A stretch of 64,000 nucleotides of DNA from Paramecium tetraurelia (lineage: Eukaryota): contig CT868003.1 in the NCBI GenBank assembly GCA_000165425.1, positions 186,001-250,000 of the forward strand, in the 5' to 3' direction. Positions 27,156 to 40,577 of this stretch are shown one piece after another. Made by a program: the position numbers and the translations under genes. The notes under the pieces were generated by a model. It saw only the letters and a program-made list of their open reading frames with translations. It had not been told where the DNA came from and made no database searches. How positions within the stretch are numbered: the stretch's first letter is position 1; each line of letters opens with the position of its first letter.

Positions 27156-27829
27156 ATGAGTTTAAAATTGGTATCCTTCAACATTTGCCCATACGTTCTT
27201 AGAGTGGTCTCTGCTTTAAACCATTTGAAAATTCCTTACGAATTAAAATATATTGATTTGTAGAATAAGCCTGACTGGTTTATAAAAGCTAGTCCATTAG
27301 AAAAGGTGCCAATTCTTTTTGTTGGTGAAACAGTCCTTTTTGAGTCACTTGTAATTCTGGATTATATCAATACACTCGCTACTCAATCATTACTACCGAA
27401 TGACAATTTATAAAGAGCATTGAATAGATCAAGAGCAGAATTTTCAGGAGAAATAATTGGCACTTTCTGGAGCGTATTTTTAGCTAAAACTGAAGAGGTA
27501 TAATTGTATTTGATTAATAGTCATTTAACAGCAGTTTGGGAGACTTGAAATGGTATTTTGAGAAATTAGAAGTCTGGTTACAATAATCCAAATTCATTTT
27601 CAGTAACGAATTAACTTTAGCCGACTTTGCTTATGCTTCACTATTCACATTACTGAATGCACTCAAACCTCTTTTGAAATTCAATCCCTTTGAAGGGTTT
27701 CCAAGATTGCAAGAATACTCAGATACTATGTTATCGTTACCAGGAGTGTAATAGAGTAGAGTTGAAAATTACGATCAACTAATTCAAGAAAGAGTCATTA
27801 AGGTAGATCCCTTCTTTTTGAAATTATGA
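27156..27829 (+). CDS. Glutathione S-transferase (omega/DHAR-like), copy 2, CPYV active site
   Basis: ICPYV, SPLEKVPIL, LFESLVILDYI, TLADFAY; intron at the same position as in copy 1. Confidence 0.9.
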
Positions 27830-27998
27830 TTTATGTAAATTACAAAAACATAATAAATTAATAATTGAATTTTTATAAGACTTTTACTTAGAGATGGTTC
27901 TTGAATTAATATAAGAGAAGCAGTTAATTTATGAGGGACATTAGTTAAGAATTTAAATGAAATTTAATTTAGATAATGATGAATATATATTAAAATAA

Positions 27999-30900
27999 TC
28001 ATGGATGATAATTATAAAATAATTATACTTAATAAAAATAATCTGCGAAGGTCTTTTCTATTTATTTGTTTTGTGCTGCTCCTTTAGCAAGTTATTATTA
28101 TTTGGGAATGATGGAGTACAGCTTATCTAACTTGACATTTATTATTTGATCCCATTCTTAACTTTTGTATGGTTGCATTCTTTGTTTGATTTTAGAGAAT
28201 AGAACATTGAAATCATTGGGCATCTTTTGGAAGTACCTCAAGATCAGGACTGATATATCTGAGATTCTTATGTTATACAGGAAAGCACCAAATAGACAAT
28301 TCTCTGCAATTAATCTCTATTGAATCTAAACTGTTATAGATGATATTTACATATTATGAATGGCTGAACTAATCGTAAGTTTAGATGTCAGATATGATCT
28401 TCAAGCAGGTCATCAATGATCGTTTCTCCTGTATTAAGAGGGCACAGTTAATAAACTAAATAAATCTGAAATAGAATTACGTCTAAAATGTATCCAAATA
28501 TCTCATCAGTTATCATTTATCTGGTAATTTCAAATTCCAACAACCATTGAATAACATAGAACAGCTGAGACATCTTATGAATGTAATTGCTTAAGTCATT
28601 CAAATTGATATATTTGAAAATTAGTAGGATCGATTAATAGATCTGATTTCTAACTTGCTTCTTGCTTGTTGTCAATCGATTTAGGTATTTCAAATTTTGG
28701 AATATCTTCAATAATTAGAGCAAAGGCTTGTAGTAGAGTTTGTAAATATTTTGGATACTTTTTTGCCCCAATTACCTTTCTTAATTGAATTCTTTATTTA
28801 TAGAGTCCAAATGGAATTATACTTTCTAAATTACAAGCAAAATCCACTCATAAAGCTGATCAATCATGACTTACTTCAATTAGCCAATCTATCCAGTAGT
28901 ATTTATCATCATCCGAGTCAATTTGAGCATATCAAAATTGATGGCTTATGCAAATAAATTCAAATAAGCCTTATCATCAATAATCTACATGATGACACCA
29001 TAGAGACTCCTAACATTTTCATTCAACATGCTCTGTAGGATAAAAACGATATCTCCAGTGTTTTAAATTTGATCTAAAAACTACAGAACATCATTCTTAA
29101 ATTTCTATATGAGTTGATCAGATGCTAATTAATCTTTAATGGATTCATTTTCAACATTGAGCAAATACATTTTGACCTTATGATAGTGAGTGATGATCTT
29201 TTGATTGGGGATGACTCTAAATTCGTGAAAATCAGAAAAGCATTCTTTTGGTATGTTGATTTGGTTTATTTAATAAAATTCATCTTCCATTTTGACTTTA
29301 GCATTGATGAAAATTTTTAAGGATTTCAAAATCAATTCTTAGTCATTGAATAGGAATATTCGACTAAAATTAAAGATAGTTTTTCTATCAATTTACATTT
29401 TCTAAATAATGTCCTCAAACTTAATAAGAGCTTATTGATCAAATAGGACTTTCCAAATCTTATACAAGAATCTGTCTGTAAAAGGTGATTATTTTTTTAA
29501 GTATAAGAATGCGAAGTCAAAAGCCTTGCTATAAAGTTCCTAATAGTGAAATTGCTTAAACAAATCTAAGTTAATTGGATACAGAAACTATTCCATCTTG
29601 TAGAATTGTAATTTATTAATAACATCTAGTTGATATGTTGTGCATTTGATAGATGCAAACAATCCCATAGCATAATACTTGAATGCAAATTCCTGGACAT
29701 TTTGATCAGGATTTAATTGAATTATTTAGGCAAAGAACTCTAAGTATTATTCAATCATAAAGCAACTGATTTCTTTCAAAATGTGTTTGATATTGTTTCT
29801 CAAGAATTTATCATTGATCCATTGGTTGTTCTGGATAATCCAAGAATTAAAAAAGCTTGCAATAATGGGCATAACAAAGGAATGTAACTAACTATAGTCA
29901 TATTATCTTTGAAATCTAACAAGATTCCTCAGGAACTTAAGTCCCACTTAAATAGCCTCAATGGTGGTCAAAGTCTTGATTAAATTCAAGTTAAGTTCAA
30001 TCCATTGTTGGGTGTGATTGGCAAAGATGGTCTTGCCAGCAAAATTAAGCAAACTAATAGAATTAATTTTGGATATGTCCGATACCATAATGTTGGATGT
30101 GATTTGATAGATAATTTCTATGCTTTGTTTATCATTGGAATAGTATTTTTAGTAAATTTTGCAAATTTTACCCAGAGACTCCCATATTTTAATGTTTAAA
30201 GGTAACAATTCTGTGAGTTTAGCAATGAATTACTGATATTTGACAATGGACCAAACCATTTTGATGTGATTAGTGATAGGATCCATGTGATCTAAATGTT
30301 GATTTTGTATCATCTTTTCAAGTTCATTTTAATCCAAGATTTAGAATTTGATTTCCTTCATGATGGTTTACAAGTTTCTTTTGTTTTTTACTTCAGCTCT
30401 TTTGATCTTGTGCCAATCCTTTTCTTTGAAGTCCTCTCTAATTTCTGAGGATAACAGCAAATTCAGTAGATCGATCGCACTATCCAACAATTGTAAATCT
30501 GGATTGCTATTATTTCCGATCAAACTGGCAGTGATGATTTCAAGAAGGGCATCAAGATTGTGCTTGAAGAACTATTGCCTGACTATTTTTTGTTTTGAAT
30601 CAAGGATCTTGAATTCTCCTACTCGATCTTATGGTTGCAATCTTCTGAGTACAGTGTCGATGATAATGAGGTACACTTGTTTATTGATTATTTGGGCTTG
30701 TTCTTTAAAATATTAAACAGGTATTTGATCATAAAAGTGCAAGACGATGTTGGCAATTATGGATGCAAAAAAATGATAGACGGGACGTGAATGAGTAGTA
30801 AATCTTTTGATTCTATTCCATGCAAATTCAAATATCTTACCAAACTCTGGTGTATTTTGATGGTTTTGATCGATGTATGTGGATACCAAGCTTCCCACAA

Positions 30901-31033
30901 TTTGGAGTGTGATTTCATTATCACTCTAATCTGCCAATTGACATAATAGAATGAGATTGTCTTGATTCATATTTTTGTGTAATTGATCTGGGTCTATTTG
31001 ATATGTTTCATAGAGTTGTCTTTCAAAGTTCAT
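27999..31033 (-). CDS. ~1000 aa all-helical HEAT/ARM-like protein, possibly importin-beta superfamily
   Basis: Long TGA-free frame from MNFERQLYETYQID with amphipathic helical periodicity and karyopherin-like size. The family call is inference only. Confidence 0.5.
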
Positions 31034-31300
31034 GTTAATTTTAATTCAATAATTAATTCATGACATTTCTGCACCTTCAAGGAAAACTATTTTAGGGTTT
31101 TTTAATAAATTAATAATTAATTAATCTAGTTCACAATACCAAACTTAGATAATGAACAGAGAGAGAGAGAACCAAATGAGAGTAGATAATGCTTTCTATT
31201 TCATAAATAACTTTGCCATTTGGTGATCACAACTTCTATTTTAAATAAATGGTCTAAATTCAAATAATATATATATAATATTTACAAAATTGAAAAGGAA

Positions 31301-33271
31301 ATGTTGGTCGGTAACTTGGAAATACTTGTGAATTTCAATTCTTTTCGAAATATTGACCTATTTGATTAGGGATATTACTCATTGAAGGTAGAAATGAGCT
31401 CAGAAAATGCTGAAGTTGTATAACCCTATCTAATGATATCGCAAACAGGGAATAAAAATGATGGGTAGATCTTGGACTCATGTTTTTGTTCGAGAGTGTT
31501 TGATATTTAGTATTCTGAACAATACATCGAATTGGACAACACTTGTTTATTTAGAATACTGTATTAGGCTCATCCAAACAAATATGCCGCAATCAAAGTG
31601 AATGTAGGTTTGCTGTATAGTTAAACCTTGGAGGGGGAATGCCCAATTTTATCGATGCAATAAGTTAGTAATTTCGAATGCATAATCAACAATGCTTGCG
31701 AGGGAGTCTAATAAGGAGTGGATGTCATATTCGATAGCAATCATCTCTGCACTACCAGGATGTACATTTACACAATGATATTGGATTACCGATTCACAGG
31801 AGGAGTCAATGGATTTCAGGAGTTTCTGAAGACAAAGACAAATGATTGTAATTCACTCCATCTAACATTTTAGTTGAGTAACAGGAAGTCAACCAATTCA
31901 TAGCAGAGTATGTAGATTCTCTGGGATCAATACAAACGAAGTACCGTAATTTGCTAATCTAAATCATTAATGAATTGAAGGATAAGAATATTTAAATGCA
32001 AAATTTAATGAGGATTCCCATTGTGCAAACAGCCAAATTCAAAGCCAATTTACAAACTAAAAGTTTGGGAGAAGACTGCCTATTGATAATCAATCAATTG
32101 GGACAGTCTTTGTTCTAATTATGGAATTAATTCCAACCGTTGCTCAAATACTCAAGGAATTACCTCGTGGAATCAGTGGATCAAAGGTTGTTATAAAACT
32201 GTAAGAAACTTTCATCGGAATCTGTCATCTCCAATTAGGCAACTTTTGAAGAGATTCAAACTCAAATCTCATTGCCGTTGCTTAAACAAAGGGAGGACAT
32301 TTGGAATCAGGCAAGGAAGAGTTCAAAGAATCAAACGCCAAGCATTTAATTATTGGATCAATTCTACTCGCAACCCAATGCTTTGCCCTTCTTCTTTGAA
32401 GACATAGTTTCCTCATAACAAAACATCACTCAATTTCAATAGCACTCATAAAATAGAAAACATGTTCTTATATTGGTTCATGGATATTAGGGTACTTCAG
32501 CTGACTTATAAACTTGGAAGAGTTACTTAAAAATTAAATTCCCAAATCACCTAATCATCCAATCGGAGATCAATTAGGATGACACAGAAGATAGTATCTC
32601 TGTCATGGCTAGTAGATTGGCTCAAGAAATATAGAGGTAAATCACTGATAGGACTCACTTAAAATAATAAGTTTAAATATCATTCATTGGACATTCCTTG
32701 GGAGGAGTGTTGATTAGATGTGCTCTACAACATTTAAACAAATATCAAGATTGCATGCATACCTTCATTAGTTTGGGTTCTCCTCATGTTGGATTGGGGA
32801 TCCAACAATCCACTTTGATTGATGCAGGGTTATGGTTTATGAAGGCATTCAAAAAGGAAGATCAAAGGGTCTGTCTTAATCAAATGACTTTGTGTGATGA
32901 AAAAGATGTCCAAAAGACCTTCTTCTATAAGTTGTCTTAGAACTCCAAATTTGGGTGGTTCAAAAATGTCATTCTGGCTTTTTCACTTCAAGACAGCTAT
33001 GTCCCTTTCTCATCGGCTAGTTTGACTCGGATCAAAGAACAAGGGTAACACTTATTGTCTATTTCATAGTGATCGAGCAAATGCGCACAATCAAATGGTG
33101 GAATAATTGTTTCAGCAAGTACCATCTACCCTAATTAAAACTTCAGTTTTCTTTCCCAACATGAAAACCAATATTGACAAAATGATTGGTCGTGCAGCTC
33201 ATATTGAATTTATCGACAACAGCAGCTTTGTTAGACTGTTTATTGATTATTATTATGAATATTTGTTATGA
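31301..33271 (+). CDS. FAM135-like protein with C-terminal DUF676 putative lipase/serine esterase
   Basis: N-terminal FRNIDLFDQGYYSLK (FAM135 signature), LVHGYQG, ISFIGHSLGG, FISLGSPHVG, DSYVP, IGRAAHIEF. Confidence 0.9.
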
Positions 33272-33389
33272 TTAGAAAGGAAGAAGCACACAATAATTTT
33301 TCATTGAATTAAATTCCGATTTGTAATTATATTTTAAATCTATTTAGAGAAGGAGAAATAATTTTGGTCAATAATATTAAAATTAATTA

Positions 33390-33685
33390 ATGAGTTAGTC
33401 TCCCATAGTCTTTACAAACAAGCCCTCTAAACCCCATCCTCTAGATGACAGCGTTTGGAGACAGAGGACAAATTTGCCCAAACTACATATAAGAGACCTT
33501 TAACCTGAAATCAAAAGCGAGCCACATTACTTCAAAAATAATCAGCTTGAGGATAGTTAAATTATCAATAATTATACTGTCCGATCTGGCGTATAACAAG
33601 AGGTAACCATATATTATTACATTTTAAGGAACCTGACTATATTGAAGTGGACTGGAATGCATTCCAACTCATCTCTTTGGATTGA
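33390..33685 (+). CDS. Small hypothetical protein (~89 aa)
   Basis: ATG after an AT-rich leader, a 26-nt GT..AG intron that restores the frame, ending EVDWNAFQLISLD-TGA. Confidence 0.6.
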
Positions 33686-34689
33686 TTCCAGCATTTTATT
33701 GAGTAAATAAAGAAATATATATATATTTTAAAAGGATTATATCTATTTCCCCACGCTTGATTTAGATCTAATACGAATGTTTAGGCATTTAAAACCTAAC
33801 TCATTTGTTTCTCCTTCCACCCTTTCTTTAATCTTCAATTACAAATTACCATAATTAACTCAACCTTATATTTAAATTCAATTTCCTCAAATGCACCTCC
33901 CAAAATCCAAAAATCCTTATTAAAAACATCTCCAAAATATCCACTGACTATTATAAATATCATCCCAACTATAACTCCTTAAATCATATGCGAAAAGTTA
34001 TATAGATTTGTGTATATAATTCTTTTTTAAGTTCAACTTTCATATCAGAAAATCGAGGATCCATCCATTTAAATGAATACATTAGACTCTGTTAGCTTAT
34101 TCTCAATATTCATACATGGTAACATCCTAATTCTATTGACTTGACGGTTTAATTAGTTCTAATAATTATTTATGTGCTCAAATTAATAGAACAGCATATG
34201 TTTTGTATTTAATTCTACATGTTGAATTCTACCATAATCATAAAAGTCTAAACTTCATTCTCGAGATATTTGTATATATTTATGTATTAATAAAATTTGG
34301 TGTCAATTATTTTCAGTAACACGAGTAGGCTAAAAGAGTGGATTCTTGTTACAACACTTTTCCAACATCCTGAAAAATTGAGACTACAACTTGGATGATA
34401 GAGCTTTAAGAATTCTGGATCTTTCTAGTAGATTCGCCTATATGCAGACTTTACTTATTCGAACTATTTTCTGTTGATCAAGCAATTCAAGAAGAGCATA
34501 TTGTAAATATTAATTAATAGCTGAGTATGGCTGATAATAACTAACACATTATGATTAAGATTACATTGTATTAATTATTATTATATAATTTGAAGGGTGT
34601 AAAATAAAAATGTCGTGGTTTAAAATAAATACCAGGATTTTTGTTATTAAATTGGGTTGACTCTGAATTTGAAAGTATATTACAATTAA

Positions 34690-36273
34690 ATGAATACTAA
34701 ATTAGAGACTATACCTGTACTTTAGGAGAAATGCAAATTTCATTAAAACGAATAAGCTAATTTAATTTGTCTGACAGCCTCGTGTTTAAATCAAGGATTT
34801 TTCTGTTTTCAATGTAAGAATCATCATGAAGGTCACAATGTAATTTAGGGAATGGAATTCTTTGACTCATTGAAATAGTTGGTCTGCTTTGATGGTTCCT
34901 CTAAGCCATCCAATAATGTGAACTAAGTGTCAGCCAGAATAGTAACAGCAATGCTGACAACGATTGACGAATTAGACGCATTGAATTAGTACTTCTCTGA
35001 GATTCTGGGGTCGATAAGATTACAATTCGAGAAATATTGTCAGATATCAAATGATGTGAATGTGATAAACAACTTTTTGATTTTCTCTTAGAAGGAAGGA
35101 ATAGAGCCATAATAATTCAAGGATAAATTTGAGGAGTGTTTGAAGAGACTCTGTCTGAAATTACAGAAATTGCACATCAAATCTACTGTCACATGTCAAT
35201 CCAATTCATTGTTTGTACCAGACGAGAGACTATTCTAGGAATATTTGGAACCCCTTATATCAACCTTGAAGGGAATACGGTTGTAGGCTGAATCTAGTTT
35301 CACTAAGCCTCTATACTATAACAAATTGGATTTGAATTTCAAAAATGGGTTGATGCCTTAGGTGAATTCCTTTTTTGAACCTGTAGTATTCGAGACAGAT
35401 TAACCGAAGGAAGAGGATAAGGTGTTGGAGAGATTGTGGATAGACAAGAATGAAACCATGAGGAAGATGTTGATGATGAAATAACGAACAAAGGAAGAAC
35501 AGGTTATTGATGATGAACCATTCTCATATGGTAATGGAAGATTGGAAAAAGTGTTTGCTGTAGCTGGATCCAAAGTCTGGTTCCTAGATTTCATTTACAG
35601 TAAATTCAAACCAACATCTAAGCATTCAAAAATTGAACCCAAATAGGCTTGTGTAATATGCAAATGTCATCAGAAATTCGCGAGGATTAACGAGTTCTTG
35701 AATTGCAAGTATGGGGATCTGTATGGACCCTATCATTTAGAAGCTAGATTGTTGGACAGTTTCAAGATGGCCTTTGATAAGAGAACCAATAAGGATTACT
35801 TGATTGACAGAGGAGGTCTTTATTTCCACGACTTATGTGTGTATTGGTCATCATTGGTGGAATGCGATGAGAAGAAAGGAACCATAGATTTTGAATCTCT
35901 ATAAGAAGCAGTCAAAATATCACAGGAGACCTACTGTTATTTATGCAAGAGGAAGGGACCCACTCTTAAATGCAATAATGAAAATTGCCAGATTTGGATA
36001 CATTACTATTGTTGGAAGGAGTTGGAACCTTCTCAATAATACTTGGACAATCAGAAATTTAGAATGCTGTGTTATCAACATGTGCCAGCCAAGTATCGTA
36101 AACCAGCTTGGGCTTCTTAGAACTTATTATTGGATGATCAATAGATGGAGAAGAGGGAAACCAAAGAATATAGACAAAGTTAGTTTGTTAAGTTTACATA
36201 TCAAGAAGCAGGACAGTCCAGATACATATAGAAATTAGAACAATAGGCTACGAAGTAATAAAATGAGGAATGA
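34690..36273 (+). CDS. Zinc-finger protein: N-terminal B-box-like Cys/His cluster plus C-terminal extended PHD (C2HC pre-PHD + HC5HC2H-type)
   Basis: Single exon of 527 codons; CKFH..LICLTASC..CFQCKNHH..H; CVIC..HDLCVYWS..CYLC..CNNENC..HYYC..CYQH. Confidence 0.85.
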
Positions 36274-36297
36274 TTTATATTTAATTAGTATTAATTA

Positions 36298-37555
36298 TCA
36301 CACTCCATTTGCATGAATCTTTGTCGAAATCACTCTACTCTCAGCATTGAGAAAGTCACCCTGTATATTTAGACCCAAATAAAACAAAGACTTCGAGTAA
36401 AAATAAGTAAGAACAAATCCTCCAAAGAAGCAAATTGGTATAGTTTGGAAAAGTATTACTGCTGACAGATGCTCAGTAACTATGAAAAACACGAAAGGTT
36501 CCACTATCAACAGTAATACTAGCAAAAGCACAACTCTATAGACCTTTAGAGTCCATCTTAATTTGGCGAAGTTCTGATAAAACTTATCCTCATCATAGGT
36601 TCCTCCACAGAGTTTAGTTCCCAAAAGCAGAAAATAAATGAAAAGTATTTAAAAACTATTATTGAAACAATTGTTTTAAAGCACAGATGCACTTTTGAAT
36701 TTATAGGGATTAGTTTATGATGCGCATTTCCTTAACATAGCATTCAACCACATTTCAACTTCTCCATTGTTAATTAGAATTTCATTGCGATTCAATCTGT
36801 AAAAAAGATAAGAAATCATTATCCATATAAAAGTTACAAAAGTTGAAATATAAATTGTTCTCCTTCCAATTCCAGGTCCTCCTGTTGCCAAACACGTTTT
36901 AAAATAGTTAAGCAATTTATCATGAACATAGGTCATATAATTAATCATCACATAACCTGAATATACCCAACCTAATAATACTTACCCAAAAGTGTGTGCA
37001 CCAAAAAACACTCTAGATAATCCAGTGACAGATGTCCAAATGATTATGATTGCTATGCTTATTACTCTGAGCACTTTTGGATATTTTACACTAATTTAAA
37101 TTTATAATGTACTTCTCCTAATCTCTCCATACTGCTGGAAATAGTATACAAGGCAATAAGAAACACATCAAAGATGATTGCATAGCATGACCAGATGGCT
37201 TACCAAATTCTTTATTGCATTGCAGTCCTTTTATGTCTTCTTCAGTCCAAAATGGCCTAGCCTAATGATATATGTTTTTGAGTAGAGAGTTCAATGAAAC
37301 AATGAACATTATCATGCAACCATATAAAATAGCCCCTAATTTATTTTCCCTGAACATGAAAACGAGCAAGGCAATCCCTGGAAAAATGTTCAGCCAATCT
37401 GAAAAGAATGTCATTATTTCCTTTTCGCCTTTAAATTCCTTATTCTGCAAGTAAACTGTTAACTTAGTATTCGCATCCCACATCAAATCATTAAGAATGA
37501 TATCAAGTATTACATAGACTCCTAAAAATAGAGTAGAAAGTATGAAGGTTCGCAT
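36298..37555 (-). CDS. PAP2/glucose-6-phosphatase-like membrane phosphatase, copy A
   Basis: KNIYHQARPFW, CNKEFGKPSGHAM, SRVFFGAHTFGQ; multiple TM helices. Confidence 0.88.
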
Positions 37556-37601
37556 TTTATTAAAATTACTGGGTTATTTTTATTACAATTTTATATATAT
37601 A

Positions 37602-38916
37602 TCAAGAATTCTTGGCTTACAATTCAAACGACATTCTATTAAGTAGCAAATTAGAATACCCATCTGGAGCTGATTGGTCACTCTCTATTATTTATAAGAA
37701 ATCGCCAGGCACTGAAATCTTTAAATAATATAGCACTTTCGAGTACACTACAGTTATGATCAATCCTCCTAATATCGACACTGGAACTATCTAAATTATA
37801 GATTCCATTACTTAACCAAATGCTTATGCATATACTGAATTAAACTCAATCAAGAAAAAAGGAATCAGCAAAGCTACTAACAATATCAACACAAATATCC
37901 TCAAAGTCTTGGACCAACAGGACAGTGACTTGTAATGATATCTGAATTGCTTCTACAAGTATATTCCTTTGCTAAGTTTGATTCCAATCACAAAGCTTAG
38001 CATGAACCAAATATATAAACTCATACTAAAGCATATGTTCTATAAAACTGGAGGACTATCGATTGTGTATAGACTTGTTTATTTCTGACACTTATCATAG
38101 ACTGCATTCATCCACAATGTAGCTTCTGCTGGACTTATGAATAGATATCTGTTTAATTCTAGAAATAAGATCGATACACAAGTCCAACTGGATGCAATCA
38201 AACCGATAATATATATTACTCTGGTTGAAATGCCCTGATGTCCCACTTACAAACATTATGCTAAGTACTCTGTGATTCGATCATGAAAATAGTTCATGTA
38301 AATAATTGATATATAACCTTAATATACCCAACCCAGGAGGATTTAACCAAATGAATGGACTCCCATAAATACTCTTGAGAATCCAGTCATGAAGGTCCAA
38401 AAAGTGATTATAAATATAAACAAGACCCTTAAATATAACGGATATTTGCAGCTATGCTTATTAAAGTTATTACTTTGGCTGATCTTTCCAAATAGCTGGA
38501 AACAATATAGATGGTAAAAGGAAACACATAGCTTGTGATGACATTGCATGACCTGAAGGCTTTCCGAATTCCTTATTGCATTCATAAGGTTCAATCTCTT
38601 AAACGATAAAAAATGGTCTCGGCTGATGATAGAAATTTTTCAGCAAAGAATTAGAAGCAACTGAGAATAGAATCATCCCACCATATAACAATGCTCCTAA
38701 TTTATTATCCAATATAAGAAAAGCAATTCCTGCTATGCTTGGAAGTACATAGAGTGAATATGAGAAGACTAGAAACATGTCTTTTTCACCGGAAAACTAG
38801 TTTGATTGCAAATATAATGTCAAGGTAGTGTTGGCATCCCACATTTCCTAATTAAATATAAGGTCGAGGGCTATGTATAAAAAGAGTGCAAATGTTGCAA
38901 TAATAAATAGTTTCAT
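37602..38916 (-). CDS. PAP2/glucose-6-phosphatase-like membrane phosphatase, copy B
   Basis: KNFYHQPRPF, CNKEFGKPSGHAM, SRVFMGVHSFGQ; shares the WDANT.LT.YLQ N-terminus with copy A. Confidence 0.88.
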
Positions 38917-39069
38917 TAATTAATAATGATTATATGGTGGACATTGATTTTGCGAATGAGAATACATTTGAAATCATTTTTATTATAAAATATGGCAATT
39001 GTAAATTAGAATATACAATTGCTATTAGTAATATCTTTAGTGCTAGTAATTATATTTAACATAAAATTA

Positions 39070-40440
39070 ATGAGAAACTTGAATCATGTGTCATTGTATG
39101 CTTTCACAGCCCGAGCAATTCACAGTCAAGTGGCAATCATAGGAGGTGGAACTGCAGGATTGAATGTTTCTGCTCAATTAGTAAGAGATGGTCACTATAT
39201 CCCATAACAAATTCGTGTGTTTGAACCATATAAGATGCATGCCTATCAAACTGGATGGACATTGGTTGGTAGATAATGATTATCTAATGAAGGTGGTGGC
39301 ATGTGTAAAGCCGATTAAACGATGAAGCCGATGGAAAAGGTTCTGCCCAAAAATGTATGTCTGAGTGATTGTCCAGTTGTCAAAATTGACCCAGAATAGA
39401 ACACAATAGTGACAATGGATGGATAGAAATACACATATGATTAATTGATTGTGGCAAGTGGAGTGCAACGTGATTACGCATCCATTAAAGGTATAAATAT
39501 AAATTTATCCATTTTTTAGGTGCTTTGGAACAACTGAACAACCCAGAAGCACCAGTAGGAAGTATTTACTATTACAGATATGCCTAAAAGATAGACAAAA
39601 TGATTAGAGAATTCGAAGGTGGTAAACTAATATTTTCAGAACCACCTACAAAATGTGAGGGAATTCCATCTAATATTGTATTCCTAACACATGAAAGATT
39701 ATCATCAAGAAATGTCAAATGTGATTTCCACGTGTACAAAGCCAATGATTCTATTTTTGGCATTCCAAAATACTCAGAAATACTTGGAGAATTGGCTCAT
39801 GAGAAGGGATTGCACTGTCATCTAAAAAAACGATTAATTGAAGTTCAAGATCATAAAGCCATCTTTGAGGATGTTGAGACCAAACAACTATCTACATCCG
39901 ATTATGATTTCTTGCATATTGTACCACCCTAAGTAAATAGTGAATCTCATATCTTATTAAGAAACCAGCTGCATTCATTGCTGAAAGTGGACTGGGTGAT
40001 TCAGATGGGTTTGTCAATGTCCACCCAAACACACTCCAACATGTACGTTATGCCAATGTGTGGGCCTTGGGAGATTGCTCTTCACTTCCAACATCCAAGA
40101 CTGCTGCTGCTGTGATGGCCCAAACTCCCATTCTTATTAAGAACCTCGTCAGAACTTGGAAAATGAAATTGCCACCTCTGCCAGAATACGAGGGTATGCA
40201 TATTTAAGATGGCATAAAGGTTACACCTCTTGTCCTGTCTACACTTCCAATAAGAAAGTCTTACTTGCCGAATTCAAGTACAACAAACAACTAGATGAAA
40301 CATTCCCAGTCTTTCAATCATCAGATAGTAGAGCCATGTACTTGATGAAGAAACATTTCTTCCCATTCGCTTATTGGCAATTGATGGTTAGGGGTCTTTG
40401 GGGAGGCAGAGACGGAATAAGATTATTCAAAGGAGTCTGA
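39070..40440 (+). CDS. SQOR: Sulfide:quinone oxidoreductase, mitochondrial
   Basis: VAIIGGGTAG, YQTGWTLVGGG, TKCEG, LHIVPP, TLQHVRYANVWALGD, SKTAAAV, YEGYTSCP, LLAEFKY, MYLMKK..FPFAYW; four tiny introns. Confidence 0.92.
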
Positions 40441-40577
40441 AAATATGCTCATATACAATATATATAATATTAAGATAATCATGTAGTCTCGCATCAGAGT
40501 TAGTGAGGGGATAAAATAGCAATACGCTCTTAAATTTAATTCGCAATAAAATTGCTATTGAAATAAATATTTAATTT

